NCBI RefSeq assembly: GCF_006345805.1
Contig: NC_043009.1
Location: forward strand, 19,034,001 to 19,098,000
Direction of reading: 5' to 3'
Length of the DNA stretch: 64,000 nt
From: Octopus sinensis
Taxonomy: Eukaryota
The notes beneath the pieces were generated by a model. The model ran no database searches and was not told the origin of the DNA. It saw only the letters and a program-made list of their open reading frames with translations. Both the position numbers and the translations under genes were made by a program. Positions within the stretch are counted from its first letter, which is position 1; the number at the start of each line of letters is the position of its first letter. Of this stretch, positions 49,371 to 60,653 are shown piece by piece.

Positions 49371-51033
49371 GAAAAGAAAAGAAAATTTTTTATGTAATCA
49401 TGGAAGAAAATTTTAAATCCCTGAAAATCTTTCTCATTCTTTTCTACATCTTCCCCAAAGTATTATTAAGTATAATATTCAATGACCTCTCCGATTTTAT
49501 TCTCGACTGTTCTTCTTCAAAGTCGTCTTCAATGTGTAGCATAGTTTCTTCTTCAACAGTGTCTTCATTCTATTCTTAACTCTCTTCGTCACTGTTTTCT
49601 GCAATAGTTATTACAATGTCCTTGGCACCGTCTTTGTGGAACGAGTTTTCAATGTTTTGATCAATGTCCTTCCCCGTTATTTCCCAAATGACTTAATATC
49701 GTTCTCCATATTCTAATGTATTCTCTATTTTCTGTAATCTTCCGATGCCATATTCAATTTCGTCGATGTATTCTTGGGTGTATTTCCACTCGTTAACAGA
49801 TACCTTTGTCTGATACATTGTGTTGTATATATTTAGTTAACTCTCGCTACGTTTTATCATCAACCACAATGTAAATACGTCTCGACAATCTCTGCAAGGG
49901 ATAAAAACAGGGAGATCGTTCCCACCAGCTTTCGTCCTATTTGGGTCAACTTAGCAAGAACATGTCTCTGTCCACTACAAAATTTTACATCGAATCGCTA
50001 GAAACAAGTAATTCTCTAAACAGGAATATACGATTTCCTGAAATTGTCATTTACAGGGAGTTAAGTCATTTATTTAATTTTGTTTGAAAAATGTAGACAT
50101 TAAAAGACAAAAGTATTTACGAAGATAATGAATGGAACATTAGAAAAGATATAGAAAAATACAAGGAGGAGACAATAGAAAATGTATTGAAAGTTCATTA
50201 AACAATAAATTAGCGAGAATTATGAAGAAGTCACTGAAAGCATTGAAGAAAAATGTGATGATGACGTTAAAGTGAATTGAAGAGTATACTGAAGATATCG
50301 GATAAAATATTAAATATGAGAGTGAAGAAGATCGTAAATGAAACTGCAAAATTAGATGTCAGATGTGTTCGCAGATTCTTCGTGGTAGTAAATGGAGATT
50401 GAATTATTAATGTAAATCAGTTGAATTTTCTTTGAATTTGAGAAGTCAGTGCTTCTGATGCCTAAATGTACAATATCTCTGTGGACACAGACTGGTGTGT
50501 ACGCAATTCCTGAAGTATTGTTCCAAATAGAATCGATATCTGTTAGAGAGTTCTTCATCTTCTACACATGGGAAATTTTTTGGCAACAGTGGATTCAAAT
50601 AGCACAGATTATACGTGGTTGTACATTAGCATGATTTATTTGGTTTATTCAATATATTCTCCATTGTTTTCTTCAAAGGTTTTTTTCGATATCTTTTCCA
50701 CTGCCTTTTACAATGTTTTCTTCTCTGCATTATTTAAAATTCTTTATTACCTCTTTCAATATCTTCTTTCATGATCTTTTTGAAATACCTTTTTCAGTTT
50801 CCCCTTGAACGTTTTCTTCCATATTCCTTTTATCTCATCTATTTCTCTTCCATTATTTCGTCAATATCATCTGCACTGAATCTTTGAAGGCATTCTTAAA
50901 AGTATTCATATAATTATACAATGTCGCTTATTAGCAATTTGTTCTACGCTTTCTTCTTCAAAGTCATTACCTGCCAGCATGTAATGAAGGCCGAGTAAGT
51001 AGTGGAAATATGTGTGTACGTGTGTTTGTGTGT

Positions 51034-51074
<41 letters not shown>

Positions 51075-51189
51075 TGTGTGTGTGTATGTATGTATGTATG
51101 TATGTATGTATGTATGTATGTATGTATGTATGTATGTATATATATATATATATATATATATAATATGTGTGTGTGTATATATGTATATT

Positions 51190-51350
51190 TTAATATATAA
51201 AACCCGGTCTGTTTGTCTGTGAGCTTATAACTCGAGTATTGTTCATCCTATCGCGCTGACATTTTAAGCATGGGTATATGAGAGCTCGGGGCGTTTCGTA
51301 ATCTAAAAAGATTTTCAAAGCATTAGACGGAGTAACAAAATCGATAGAGA
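51190..51350 (+). mobile_element. Probable non-autonomous Helitron/DINE-1-like 5' fragment
   Basis: ATATATAAAA..TCTGTTTGTCTGT..ATAACTCGAG..ATCGCGCTGACATTTT resembles the 5' core of such elements. Confidence 0.45.
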
Positions 51351-51737
51351 ATCGGAATAATTCTTTGCATCCCCTCGTTTCCTGTTATCCTTTCCCGACG
51401 TCAAGGAAATAAATATACATTTGAGTACAAGAGTTAATTACGTCAATATACATTTTGCTCTAAATAAGTGGTTTGTGACTATGTTACAAAATGCATTACA
51501 TAAAAAAAGGTATCATCTCAATATTTTTAACGATGTTGCTCACCCTGTGTATGCTAGCACTACATAAGAAAATCACCCGCATATACACTCACACCCGCTT
51601 TTACATTTTGTCACGTACATAGACATAAGCACACCCACTTACTCATATAGATGCATTGCCATATAAACAAAATATTTTCACGTTTTCTTTTGCTTATTGT
51701 CAATTACGACCCCGTTCCTTCGTTCTATATCTTTCAG

Positions 51738-51789
51738 GTTGTGTAAATATTTGTGCTAAAGAACAGCTTGAATACTGGCCAACCTGTGG
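51738..51789 (+). CDS. Exon A4 (52 nt, phase 1 to 2): (R)CVNICAKEQLEYWPTC(G)
   Basis: Acceptor ttctatatctttcAG, donor GG|GTGAGT; same NN-TGT...TGY-NN layout as A2 and A3. Confidence 0.8.
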
Positions 51790-52372
51790 GTGAGTATTTC
51801 GGGGAATGTGTTATGATACAAATTAACGATCTGCTTTAAGTAATTCATTAACTACTGTATCATCGCCCACTCTTCTGCTGCGTTTAACATTTCTATAGCT
51901 TCGTCAGAAGAGAAGAATTCATACCCATTAAATAAGAAGCTTCTCTCAGGCTGGTTAAATTTATGTAGATAATATGCAGCTTTAATATTTCTAAAATAGG
52001 TTTCTAGCAAAAATGTAATGGAGTTCTTTTAAGGGAAAACCAGTTTGTCAGGTTTTGAGAGCGAGATCATTCACAGAATGGTCGATAGAATAAGTAGATT
52101 TATAGCAGCACGATTGACAAGTGTATTGAGTGGGTGACATTTTGTTAAAACCGGATTAACCAGTTAAAAGAAGCAACAAAGAAAGAGAAATCGAAAACGG
52201 TAAGTGAAAAAATAATAGGAGAAAATATTTCTTAAGCAGATAGAAAAAAAAGAAAAACAGACTTTAGCAGCAATACGAAATGAGTGAGAAAGAAAACAAG
52301 GCTTCTGTTCCTCAGACATTTTCTTTTACTACAGAGTACAAATAAAACCATCGCATTGAAGGAAGATTTTCT

Positions 52373-52641
52373 AAATACTTGCAGCGTGGAAGGTGTTTAT
52401 AAGCCATTTAAGAAACATACAAAAGCCGTTCGATTCACTTCAACATATAAATTTAATTTTTTAAAATATTTTCGTCGCTTTGAGACCGCGACCTGTTCAC
52501 TGACAAAGCTTCAGTGAACAGGTCGCGGTCTGAAAGCGACGAAAATATTTTAACAAATTAAATTTATATGTTGAAGTGAATCGAACGGCTTTTGTGTGTT
52601 TCTTAAATGGCTTATAAACACCTTCCACGCTGCAAGTATTT
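52373..52641. repeat. 269-bp near-perfect palindrome
   Basis: AAATACTTGCAGCGTGGAAGG...CACTGA-CAAAGCT-TCAGTG...CCTTCCACGCTGCAAGTATTT. Confidence 0.92.
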
Positions 52642-52702
52642 TCGTTCCAGCACACGATCTCAGATCAAGTCACTTGCTATGCAAGTACATCTCCGTAATT
52701 TC

Positions 52703-52882
52703 TAAATACTCATTTACTCTTTTATTTGTTTCAGTCATTTGACTGCAGCCATACTGGAGCACCGCCTTTAGTCGAGCAAATCGACCCCAGGACTTATTCT
52801 TTGTAAGCTTAGTACTTATTTTATCGGTTTCTTTTGCCGAACCACTAAGTTACGGGTGTGTAAACACACCAGCATCGGTTGT
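52703..52882 (-). mobile_element. SINE family A, 3' part
   Basis: Similarity to other copies. Confidence 0.88.
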
Positions 52883-53559
52883 TTCTGTGTAAGTTAGAGG
52901 TTGAGAAACCAACTAAGGGATAGAACCTATCCAATATACTGCTGGTAGTGTACCCAGTTATTCATACCCAAGTGCTAGTTATTGCGCGGCAATCTCGCAG
53001 TTGAGTATTATATCTGGGCAGGGGGTAAAAAGTGGTTTACCCTTGACAGACATCAGCCGGTAAACATTCCAGTATGTTTATTTATTCCAATGTATTGGAT
53101 TGATACATGCACATGTATTAGTGGTACAGATTATCAAACGGAAAGAGTTAGTAATTTGTAAATGCAAAAACAAGGGTGTGGAAGTATATAAGCATATAGG
53201 AACGACTGACCAATTGAGCAGATGAGCAAATAAACAGATTTTCTATAAAACCGAATGGGTGTATAGGTGCTAGTTCCTTGCGGTTTTTCTGCCAAGAGGC
53301 AACGAAATCTTCCAGGTAATCTCCACCTCTTCAATGTTATGTAGGGATGAGCAGATAAGGCTTGGATAATGAATGTGCCTCTAGGCTTCTTCAGAGAGTT
53401 TAAGTGGTTGGGTGGGGACTGACATATATATAAAAGTCAGTTAACAATAGCTACAGTGTGTTTGTCTTTTTGAAAATAGAGTAGAAAAAGAATAAGAGTA
53501 AGAATTAGAACAAGTACGAGGATACAAGTGAAGTACATCTTAATAAAGTGAACGCGTAT

Positions 53560-53908
53560 TTCCGAGCTGATTTAATTTCTACCAACACTTCAAGTATGTA
53601 ATTGCAGCTAATAACTCGGGCTCCTTTTCTTATTGAGACTGATCACAGCTCAAAAAATATCATTCGTAGCGGACGTTCTCTTGTTATCGTCCACACGCGC
53701 CTGACTCGGGCTCAGAAGTAACAGCCCGAGTTGTTATCTATAACCGTAAAATTTTAAAGTAATTCAAATTCAATTTTTTTCTTGAAACAATAAATTTCTA
53801 TACGGATTAGGATTTAAATACCAATCTATGAAAAGTTTCCGTTCTATAATATTCTTACAGGAACGAAAAATTATCCAGTAACTCGGGCTAATACGAACAA
53901 GCCTGATA
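53560..53908. mobile_element. Probable mariner-derived MITE fragment with repeated ACTCGGGCT motifs
   Basis: ACTCGGGCT at ~53614, 53704 and 53881, inverse AGCCCGAGT at ~53723; end AACAAGCCTGATA; left terminus not found. Confidence 0.35.
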
Positions 53909-54221
53909 GGAGTAAAAAAAACTAAATAGCATCTCTTGTCGAGAGTACAGGCGACAGTCAGATCGCTGATGCTTGTTATGCACCCTGCTGTCGTTATTAC
54001 TCTTATTCTGTCCGTCTGTGTGTAAAGCTCAGTTGTGTTTTGCAGGGCTGCTTTATTTTTACCCTTAACTTAGAAATGGAGAAATACATAGTCCTAGACT
54101 TAAAGGAATAAGCCATTTAGGGCCAGAAATATCACGGAAAAACGTAAAATTCTTCGAGCAGGTATGTGTCTTGTGCAAAATTTGTGATCAGCCCGAGTCA
54201 CCTCTAATATATATATAATGT

Positions 54222-54450
54222 GTGTGTGTGTATTTGTGTGCTTGTGTTTGTTCCCCCACCATCGCTTGACAACCGATGTTGGTGTGTTTGCGTCCTCGTA
54301 ACTTAACGGTTCGGCAAAAGATACGGATACAATAATCACTAGGCTTACAAAGAATAAGTCCTGGGGTCGATTTGCTCGACTAAGGCCTAGGATCGATTTG
54401 TTCGATTAAAAAGTGGTGCTCTAGCATGGCCGCAGTCAAAATGACTTAAG
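54222..54450 (+). mobile_element. SINE family A, 3' part
   Basis: Similarity to other copies. Confidence 0.85.
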
Positions 54451-54472
54451 TAAAAAAAGAGATTGTATATGC

Positions 54473-54532
<60 letters not shown>

Positions 54533-54579
54533 TCGCTAAATCCAAAAGTTTTTTGTTCTCTGTTTATTTCCTCATATTC

Positions 54580-54615
54580 CTTTCTGTTGAAGAGCATAGG
54601 CTCAAAACGTAAAAG
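54580..54615 (+). ncRNA. Degenerate hammerhead-like motif (A6U and G12A) in a short pLTR-like fragment
   Basis: CUUU-CUGUUGA-A-GAGC-AUAG-GCUC-AAA-ACGU-A-AAAG; homologous to 38304-38339. Confidence 0.35.
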
Positions 54616-54764
54616 CCTTTCTCACATTCCCGAGCGTCAAACTGATACACCTGTTTGTTGTTCCTACACATGTTTTCGTCTTTTATTTTTCTGTATATAT
54701 ATATATATAGGAAAGGAATTACAATCGTGTCTCGTGGTCTTCTACCACAACAGCTCCTTTATAT

Positions 54765-56160
54765 GATCCAGTTAGCTCAAGACATCAGGAGGAACAACGT
54801 CCGGTTTCGGCCCCTACCGTTTTGACGTGGTGGCCCCCTCTTTCAGAGGTGTCTTCAGCTCTGGTGTTGGGTGCATGTCTTCTTTCTTCTTCTTTCTTCT
54901 GTACCCTGGCCTTTTCGATGTATCGTCAGCGAGTGTCAGCCGGTGACTAACTGACTTGTCAAATTTTATCCCTTTAAATTCCTGCCGTCATGCTCCAGCA
55001 GGCAGCCCCAGCAAGTTGTCATGTGACACTGTCTCACCTTAACTGACTAGTGAAGGCGCGTAGTTTTAGCCCGCGCATTTTCTAAAGGACCGTCACCTGT
55101 CAGTCAGCGAAGCTGATTCAGTGTCGGCTTGTCTCACCTAATGATGTTATTTCCCGCCGGCATGTTATGACTTTCAAGCCATTTTTGGTCTTCCCGCTTC
55201 AGCCATATATAGAAGCTGGCTTTTGTGACCACCTCCTGTACTCTCCTTATTAGTTTTCGCAGCTCGGAGCTAGAAAAAGCAAATCTTCTTTTGAAAAGCG
55301 TTGTCATTTTCCTTTCAATGAAGCTTCTAGCCCCCACTGCCAGATGATAATATTCGACATTCCATCCCTGTTCTCTGCATTCTTCGATTAGCATTGCCGA
55401 TGTTCTCTTCCCAAGGTACAGTCAGTTCTAGTAAAATTCCTATTCTCCGGTCTCTGTTCCATACGACTAAATCCGGTATTTTTGTTGTTTTTATTAGTGG
55501 AAATATTACTTGTCTTTCCAAGTCCGTGGCCACCTTCCAGTATCCCTTCCATCTTTCGTCTATCTCGTATACTTTACTTGTAGGCCTGGTTTTATATCCT
55601 TTCCCCTCCTTGTGGAAGTATACTTTCCTGCGCTTTTCTACTTTTGGGTACTCTCCCTTATTGTACCTCTCGATCTTATCCTTGAGTGCTGCGCTTATAA
55701 CGCCGAGAACTTGTTTATGCCGCCATGTATATCTTTCTAGTGCTAGTCTGCATCTTGACAGAACATGTCTAACCGTCGCTTTCTCTCCGCATCTACACTC
55801 ATCGGTTGTTTTTATGTTCCACCGGACTAAGTTCGCCGGTGAGGGTAGAAAGTCGAAGGTAGACTTGATAAGGAAGGATGTTCTTACTTGTTCCCAAGCC
55901 GGAAGTTCCTGCCATGATATTCTGCGGTTGATCACATATTCCTCCCATCTCAGGCACTGTCCCTGCTGACTGCATTGCACCAAATGTACATTTCGCCTTC
56001 CTTCTTCCTCCTTTCTCACTTCGTATACCACTGCCTCTTTCATCTCTTTTACACTGCTCTTGCAGAATGGCCTGAAATTATATATCGTTTTGGGGTTTGG
56101 TTTGCAAAATTCTTTAGGTGTGTTGAAGCATATTCTGTTGTGTCTGGGGAGAATCATTCT
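54765..56160 (-). mobile_element. HERO-like non-LTR element, 3' part (CCHC and restriction-like endonuclease)
   Basis: CRCGEKATVRHVLSRC..RHKQVL; KIPDLVVW...LELTVPWEEN; LIEECREQGW..LAVGARSF; KASFYIWLKR. Confidence 0.85.
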
Positions 56161-56243
56161 CTTTTGGTGCCTTATAATTTAACATACTCACCGGTAAAAT
56201 TTTCACTTATTTCATTTTTATTTATTTTTCTAAAATTTTCGTA

Positions 56244-56662
56244 GGCGTAGGAGTGGCTATGTGGTAAGTAATTTGCTTACGAACCACACGGTTCCGAATT
56301 CAATCCCACTGCGTGGTATCTTGGGCAAGTGTCTTCTACTATAACCTCGGGCCGACCAAGGCCTTGTGAGTGGATTTGGTAAACGGAAACTGAAAGAAGC
56401 CCGTATATATATATATATATATATATATGTAGAGATGTGTGTGTATATGTTTGTGTGTCTGTATTTGTCCCCCAACATCGCTTGACAACTGATGATAGCG
56501 TATTTACGTCCCCGTAACTTACTGGTTCGGCAAAAGACACCGAAAAAATAAGTACTAGGCTTACAAAGAATAAGTCCTGGAAACAATTTGCTCGACCAAA
56601 GGCGGTGCTCCGTCATGGCCACAGTCAAATGAGTGAAACAAGTAAAAGAGTTAAAGAGTAAA
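56244..56662 (+). mobile_element. SINE family A, full length
   Basis: A-box/B-box head, internal (TA)n, AAAAGAG tail. Confidence 0.9.
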
Positions 56663-57270
56663 AGAGTTGTGTATTTCAACCTTTTCAATAGTTTTGACTC
56701 TGTCCGTTACTCACTGCGTTCCTTTTTGTTTGTTTGTGTGCATGTGTGTGGATCGGTGTATGTGTGTGCCTATACATACATGCATGTATGTATGTATGTA
56801 TGTATGTATGTATGTATGTATGTATGTATGTATGTATGTGTGTGTATGCATGTATGCGTGCATATGCATATATTTATGTGTGTCCATTTGAATGTATGTA
56901 TTCTGCATATTTATGTTTGCATGTCCGTGTTTGTGTGTTTTATGTTTGTGTGTTTGTGTATATGTGTGTGTTTGTGTATGTGTGTGTGTTATTATATGTG
57001 TGTGTGTACCTCTGTCTCCTTGTGTGTGCATGTCTGAGTGTGTGCTTGTTTTGCAACTATGTACTGTGTTTGTATGTATGGATGTGCATCTCCATATGTG
57101 TAGACGTGTGTCTCCATATGTGTTTCTGTGTGAATTAAAGTGTGTGTATATATATATGGTCATGTGTTTCAGTCTTCATTTGCGTATGCGTGTTTGTTCA
57201 TATAACCTATGTACCTATCCGTCTGTATGTTGATCTGTTTATTTTCATATCCATATGCTTACATACATGC

Positions 57271-57320
<50 letters not shown>

Positions 57321-57323
<3 letters not shown>

Positions 57324-58050
57324 GGAGTAAATCCAAACTTACCGGGAAAAATTAGATTTAGGATTAAATCAAATTTCACAGTATAAATATAAATTAAATT
57401 AGAGATAAAACCACTATTAGGCAAATCAAACAGTGAAAAACATAAACCTAAATATGAAAATAAATATAATTAATATAATATACAAAATATATAAAATATA
57501 AAATTTAAAATTAAATTATTTAAATTAAACATTTTTAATTTATGTTTATAAATTTTTATATTTTTTAAATTTTAAATTTATAAATTTTTAAACTTTTAAT
57601 TTTTTAATATCTATATTTATTTATTTATTTTTTCCTTTTATATAACTATCAAAAAGGTATTAAAAAGTTTAATATAATAAAATTAGTAAAAACACTACGA
57701 GCGTTTCATGGCCATAACCCAATTCGAATTACAATGAATTTAAATTCAATTAAAAATTCGAATTATAATTTGAGTCAATCTTCAGGTTAATGATAATATT
57801 TAAATAAATAAGCAAATATATTTAAACAATATTTTTTAAGAAATAAATAAAAACATTATTATTCTTATAAAAAGCTTTATTATCAAATTAGAAACTTTAA
57901 CCATTAGGATTATGTCATACAACACATTTATTATGTTAAATATTAATTTTTAATGTAACGATAGATAGAAAATGTATTTATCTATTCAGATATAATATGG
58001 CTATAAAAACCTAATAAACTCACGAATAACCTAATCTCAGATATAGTCCA
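57321..58050 (-). mobile_element. Second copy of the AT-rich element at 1231-2252, abutting (TA)n
   Basis: TAGGGAGTA...TTAGATTTAGGATTAAATCAAATTTCACAG matches the reverse complement of 2190-2250; body matches 1231-1900. Confidence 0.75.
57694..57787 (-). ncRNA. Hammerhead-like motif with long stem II (counterpart of 1519-1613)
   Basis: CUGAAGA-U-UGAC...GCCA-U-GAA-ACG-CU-CGU-A: core and stem III pairs retained, loop changed from UA to CU. Confidence 0.45.
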
Positions 58051-59680
58051 TATCTGTTTTTATCATGGGGCAAGTCCAGGCTTTTGCAAATTACCCAGTG
58101 AATATATTGTGCAGCTCTATCATGCCTGTTGAGATACTCTGTAGGCGCAAGAAGACTGCACTTGGAGACAACATGATCAATGTTGTTGACATACACGAGA
58201 TGTTAAGCTACTGCCGTTCTTTAATATGTCGGCCTGGCAGTTCCTTGTAGGTAGGCATTGATCTTGAGCTGCTATGATAAACCCTTCTGTTTCAGATTTT
58301 AAGCCAGAGGCCATTAGCCCTTCAATTACCCCTAGGTACTTGTAGCTCTCCGCTGGGTTTAACTCTTTTATGACATTCTGCTGGTCAAGGTTAACGTTAG
58401 ATGTTTCTGTCATTTTTCCTTTGATAAAGGTAGCTTTTGCACATTTATCGAGGCCAAATTGCATTCTGATGTCATCACTGAATTGTTTAACAATCGCTAG
58501 TAAGCCCTTGAGTTGTTGGTTACTTTTTGCAAAGAGCTTTAAATCATCCATGTAAATGAGATGATTTATATTTTATCAAACATTTTATATCCGTCATTGA
58601 GCAATTTTGAGAGAGGTATTAAGGCTAAACAAAAGAGGAGTGTTGGAAAATGCCACATGAAATTTTTACATCGCCAGCATTTAGAGATTCATTGTCGCTG
58701 TTCAAAGTTAGTATGGTTCTCCATGATCGCATACTTACAGACAAAAAGATCTGCAGAGTAGGCGCTATTTTATACATTTCCAGGTATTTCTTAATCCAGC
58801 TATGTGGTAGGCTATGAAAAGCTTTTTTGTAGTCTGTCCAGGCTATTAACAAGTTTTTGTGTCGTTTGTGACAATCTTCTAAGATCATCTTATTGATGAG
58901 TAGCTGATCTTTACAACCATAGGATCCACGTTTACATCTTTTTGTTCATTAGGAAATATGCTGCTGTCTATTAAAAAACTATAGGTACATTCGGTCAGAA
59001 CAGATGTTAGCGTTTTTTACATAGTTGTTAAGCAGGTTATAGGTATAGCAGGTTATAATTATTTCCTCTGTATCATCTTCTTTAGCTGCAGCTTCGATCC
59101 TTTTATCCGTTACTGCTTGTTTAATTTTGTCAGTCTCTACTTCAGTCAGTAATTTTTTCTATAATGTTTCTTCTGACGTTGGCAAGTTTGTTACTGTCTA
59201 TGTAGGGTCTTACTTCAGGATGTTTCTGTCTCCGGTTTAAGTAGGTTTGTACAGTATTAGATTAATGTGTGGAGAAATATATGGCATGGTAGAAGGCCGT
59301 AAGAACTTCTTTATTATCTTCCCTAGACCATTTTTCATTCTTTTTCTTTTGATTATTTGTTGACGAGCATGGATGGCCATCTGTTGGAATATTCCGGTTG
59401 TGGGGTACGTCCAGCTCCTGTGTGTCGGGAAGATTTGAACCAGTAGCTGATTTTTCAATCAGAATTTGGTTCAATATTCGGGTTTGTGGTCTTTTGTAAA
59501 CCGATCGATGACCATTGTGGTTTGTAATTTGTTTTGTTAACAGTGAGGCATGACGAGCTTCGACGCTTACATTAGGAGACGGATCTATCAGTTTAGGGTC
59601 AATTTTTTTGCGACAACACCGTCTCCGTGTTCTCTGCATGTAAACATTGTTCGTGACGTAGCTTCCTAAGCCTAGCAGAT
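58050..59680 (-). mobile_element. R4/Dong element, 5' region to RT, with internal deletions
   Basis: KWSREDNKEVLTAFY (N-terminal), [49 protein letters not shown]. Confidence 0.85.
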
Positions 59681-60278
59681 CTGTATTCGTCTGTATTTTT
59701 TTTTTGTTGATAGATTTATCTCAGAACATAATTTTTTGTGGTGTTTTTTAAACTTATGAATAGTTCACTCTGTTTGTGTTAGTTCGAAAAAATGAAAATA
59801 AAATAAGAAAGAAAAGGAAGTTTTGATTTTGTTTTTGCTTGATTTGTGACACGTGCTTTCATGTGCGTGAGTGTGTGTCCTGTAAATTTCACGTAGTTGT
59901 GTAAAACTTTGGGATGTATGTGTAGTCCTATGGGTATCAAAATGTATATATGATTGTGTAGACATTCCAGTGTATGCGTAATTACTCAATTTATGCACTC
60001 GCTATTTTGATCTGTTTATATTTTATAATTTGTAAACTTTCCGATGTTGATAACGCGTGTGTTTCGCACATGTTTCATTGAGACACCGTGCGTAGGAGAA
60101 ACTGTGCTTTGTATGGCAGTAAAATTTCGTTTTTTCTTAGTATTTTCGTTAAAAGGCCGCTTCTTTCAAGTCTTCTTCAGGTTCCTTTATCTAATTCCAT
60201 CGATGTTGTTGGATTAGATTGTTTTTGAATAGAGAGCCCGGTTTAGTACATCCATGTTGTTATTCAGTGCGGGCTCTC

Positions 60279-60337
<59 letters not shown>

Positions 60338-60361
60338 ATCATCATCATTATTATTATTATT

Positions 60362-60610
60362 GAGTGAGTGAGCTGTGCTTGACATCAAAGTTACACTAGG
60401 GTAGAAATATACGAAGCCCAATATACTACCTATCTGGGAACACCAGGCACATGCATCACAGCCGTATGTGCGTGACATGGTGATCTCATATCAAGATAAC
60501 ACCGCATGACCTTGCAGGTGGGGCCCAGTTAGAATTTTCTTCAGGTCAAGTCGCCCATCCCGATCAAAAGGTCCCTGAATAAAGATTGTTTAAGGATATT
60601 GAACGAAACA
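60362..60610 (+). mobile_element. Interspersed repeat starting directly after (TTA)n, possibly the 5' end of an R4/Dong-type element
   Basis: Abrupt start GAGTGAGTGAGC after TTA repeats; GC-richer, no ORF; family is an inference. Confidence 0.4.
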
Positions 60611-60653
60611 AGCAAATCTGTGGTATTGAGCAGAATATTCAGCAACAGTACTT

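Larger units (their letters stand above)
47690..50960. repeat. Degenerate ~12-nt minisatellite field (consensus near TCTTCAATGT.. on +) with an inverted block at ~50026-50345
   Basis: TTCAATG recurs, often at ~12-nt spacing; strand polarity flips to CATTGAAGA at 50100-50345. Confidence 0.6.

Noticed and set aside
6598-57330. Many ORF-track entries such as [18 protein letters not shown], poly-S/F/L
   Set aside because: Stop-free translations of (TACA)n, (TA)n, (CA)n and (TTC)n microsatellites
60362-60460. HDV-like ribozyme expected at the 5' end of an R4-type element
   Set aside because: Could not fold a double pseudoknot by eye; needs a descriptor or Infernal search
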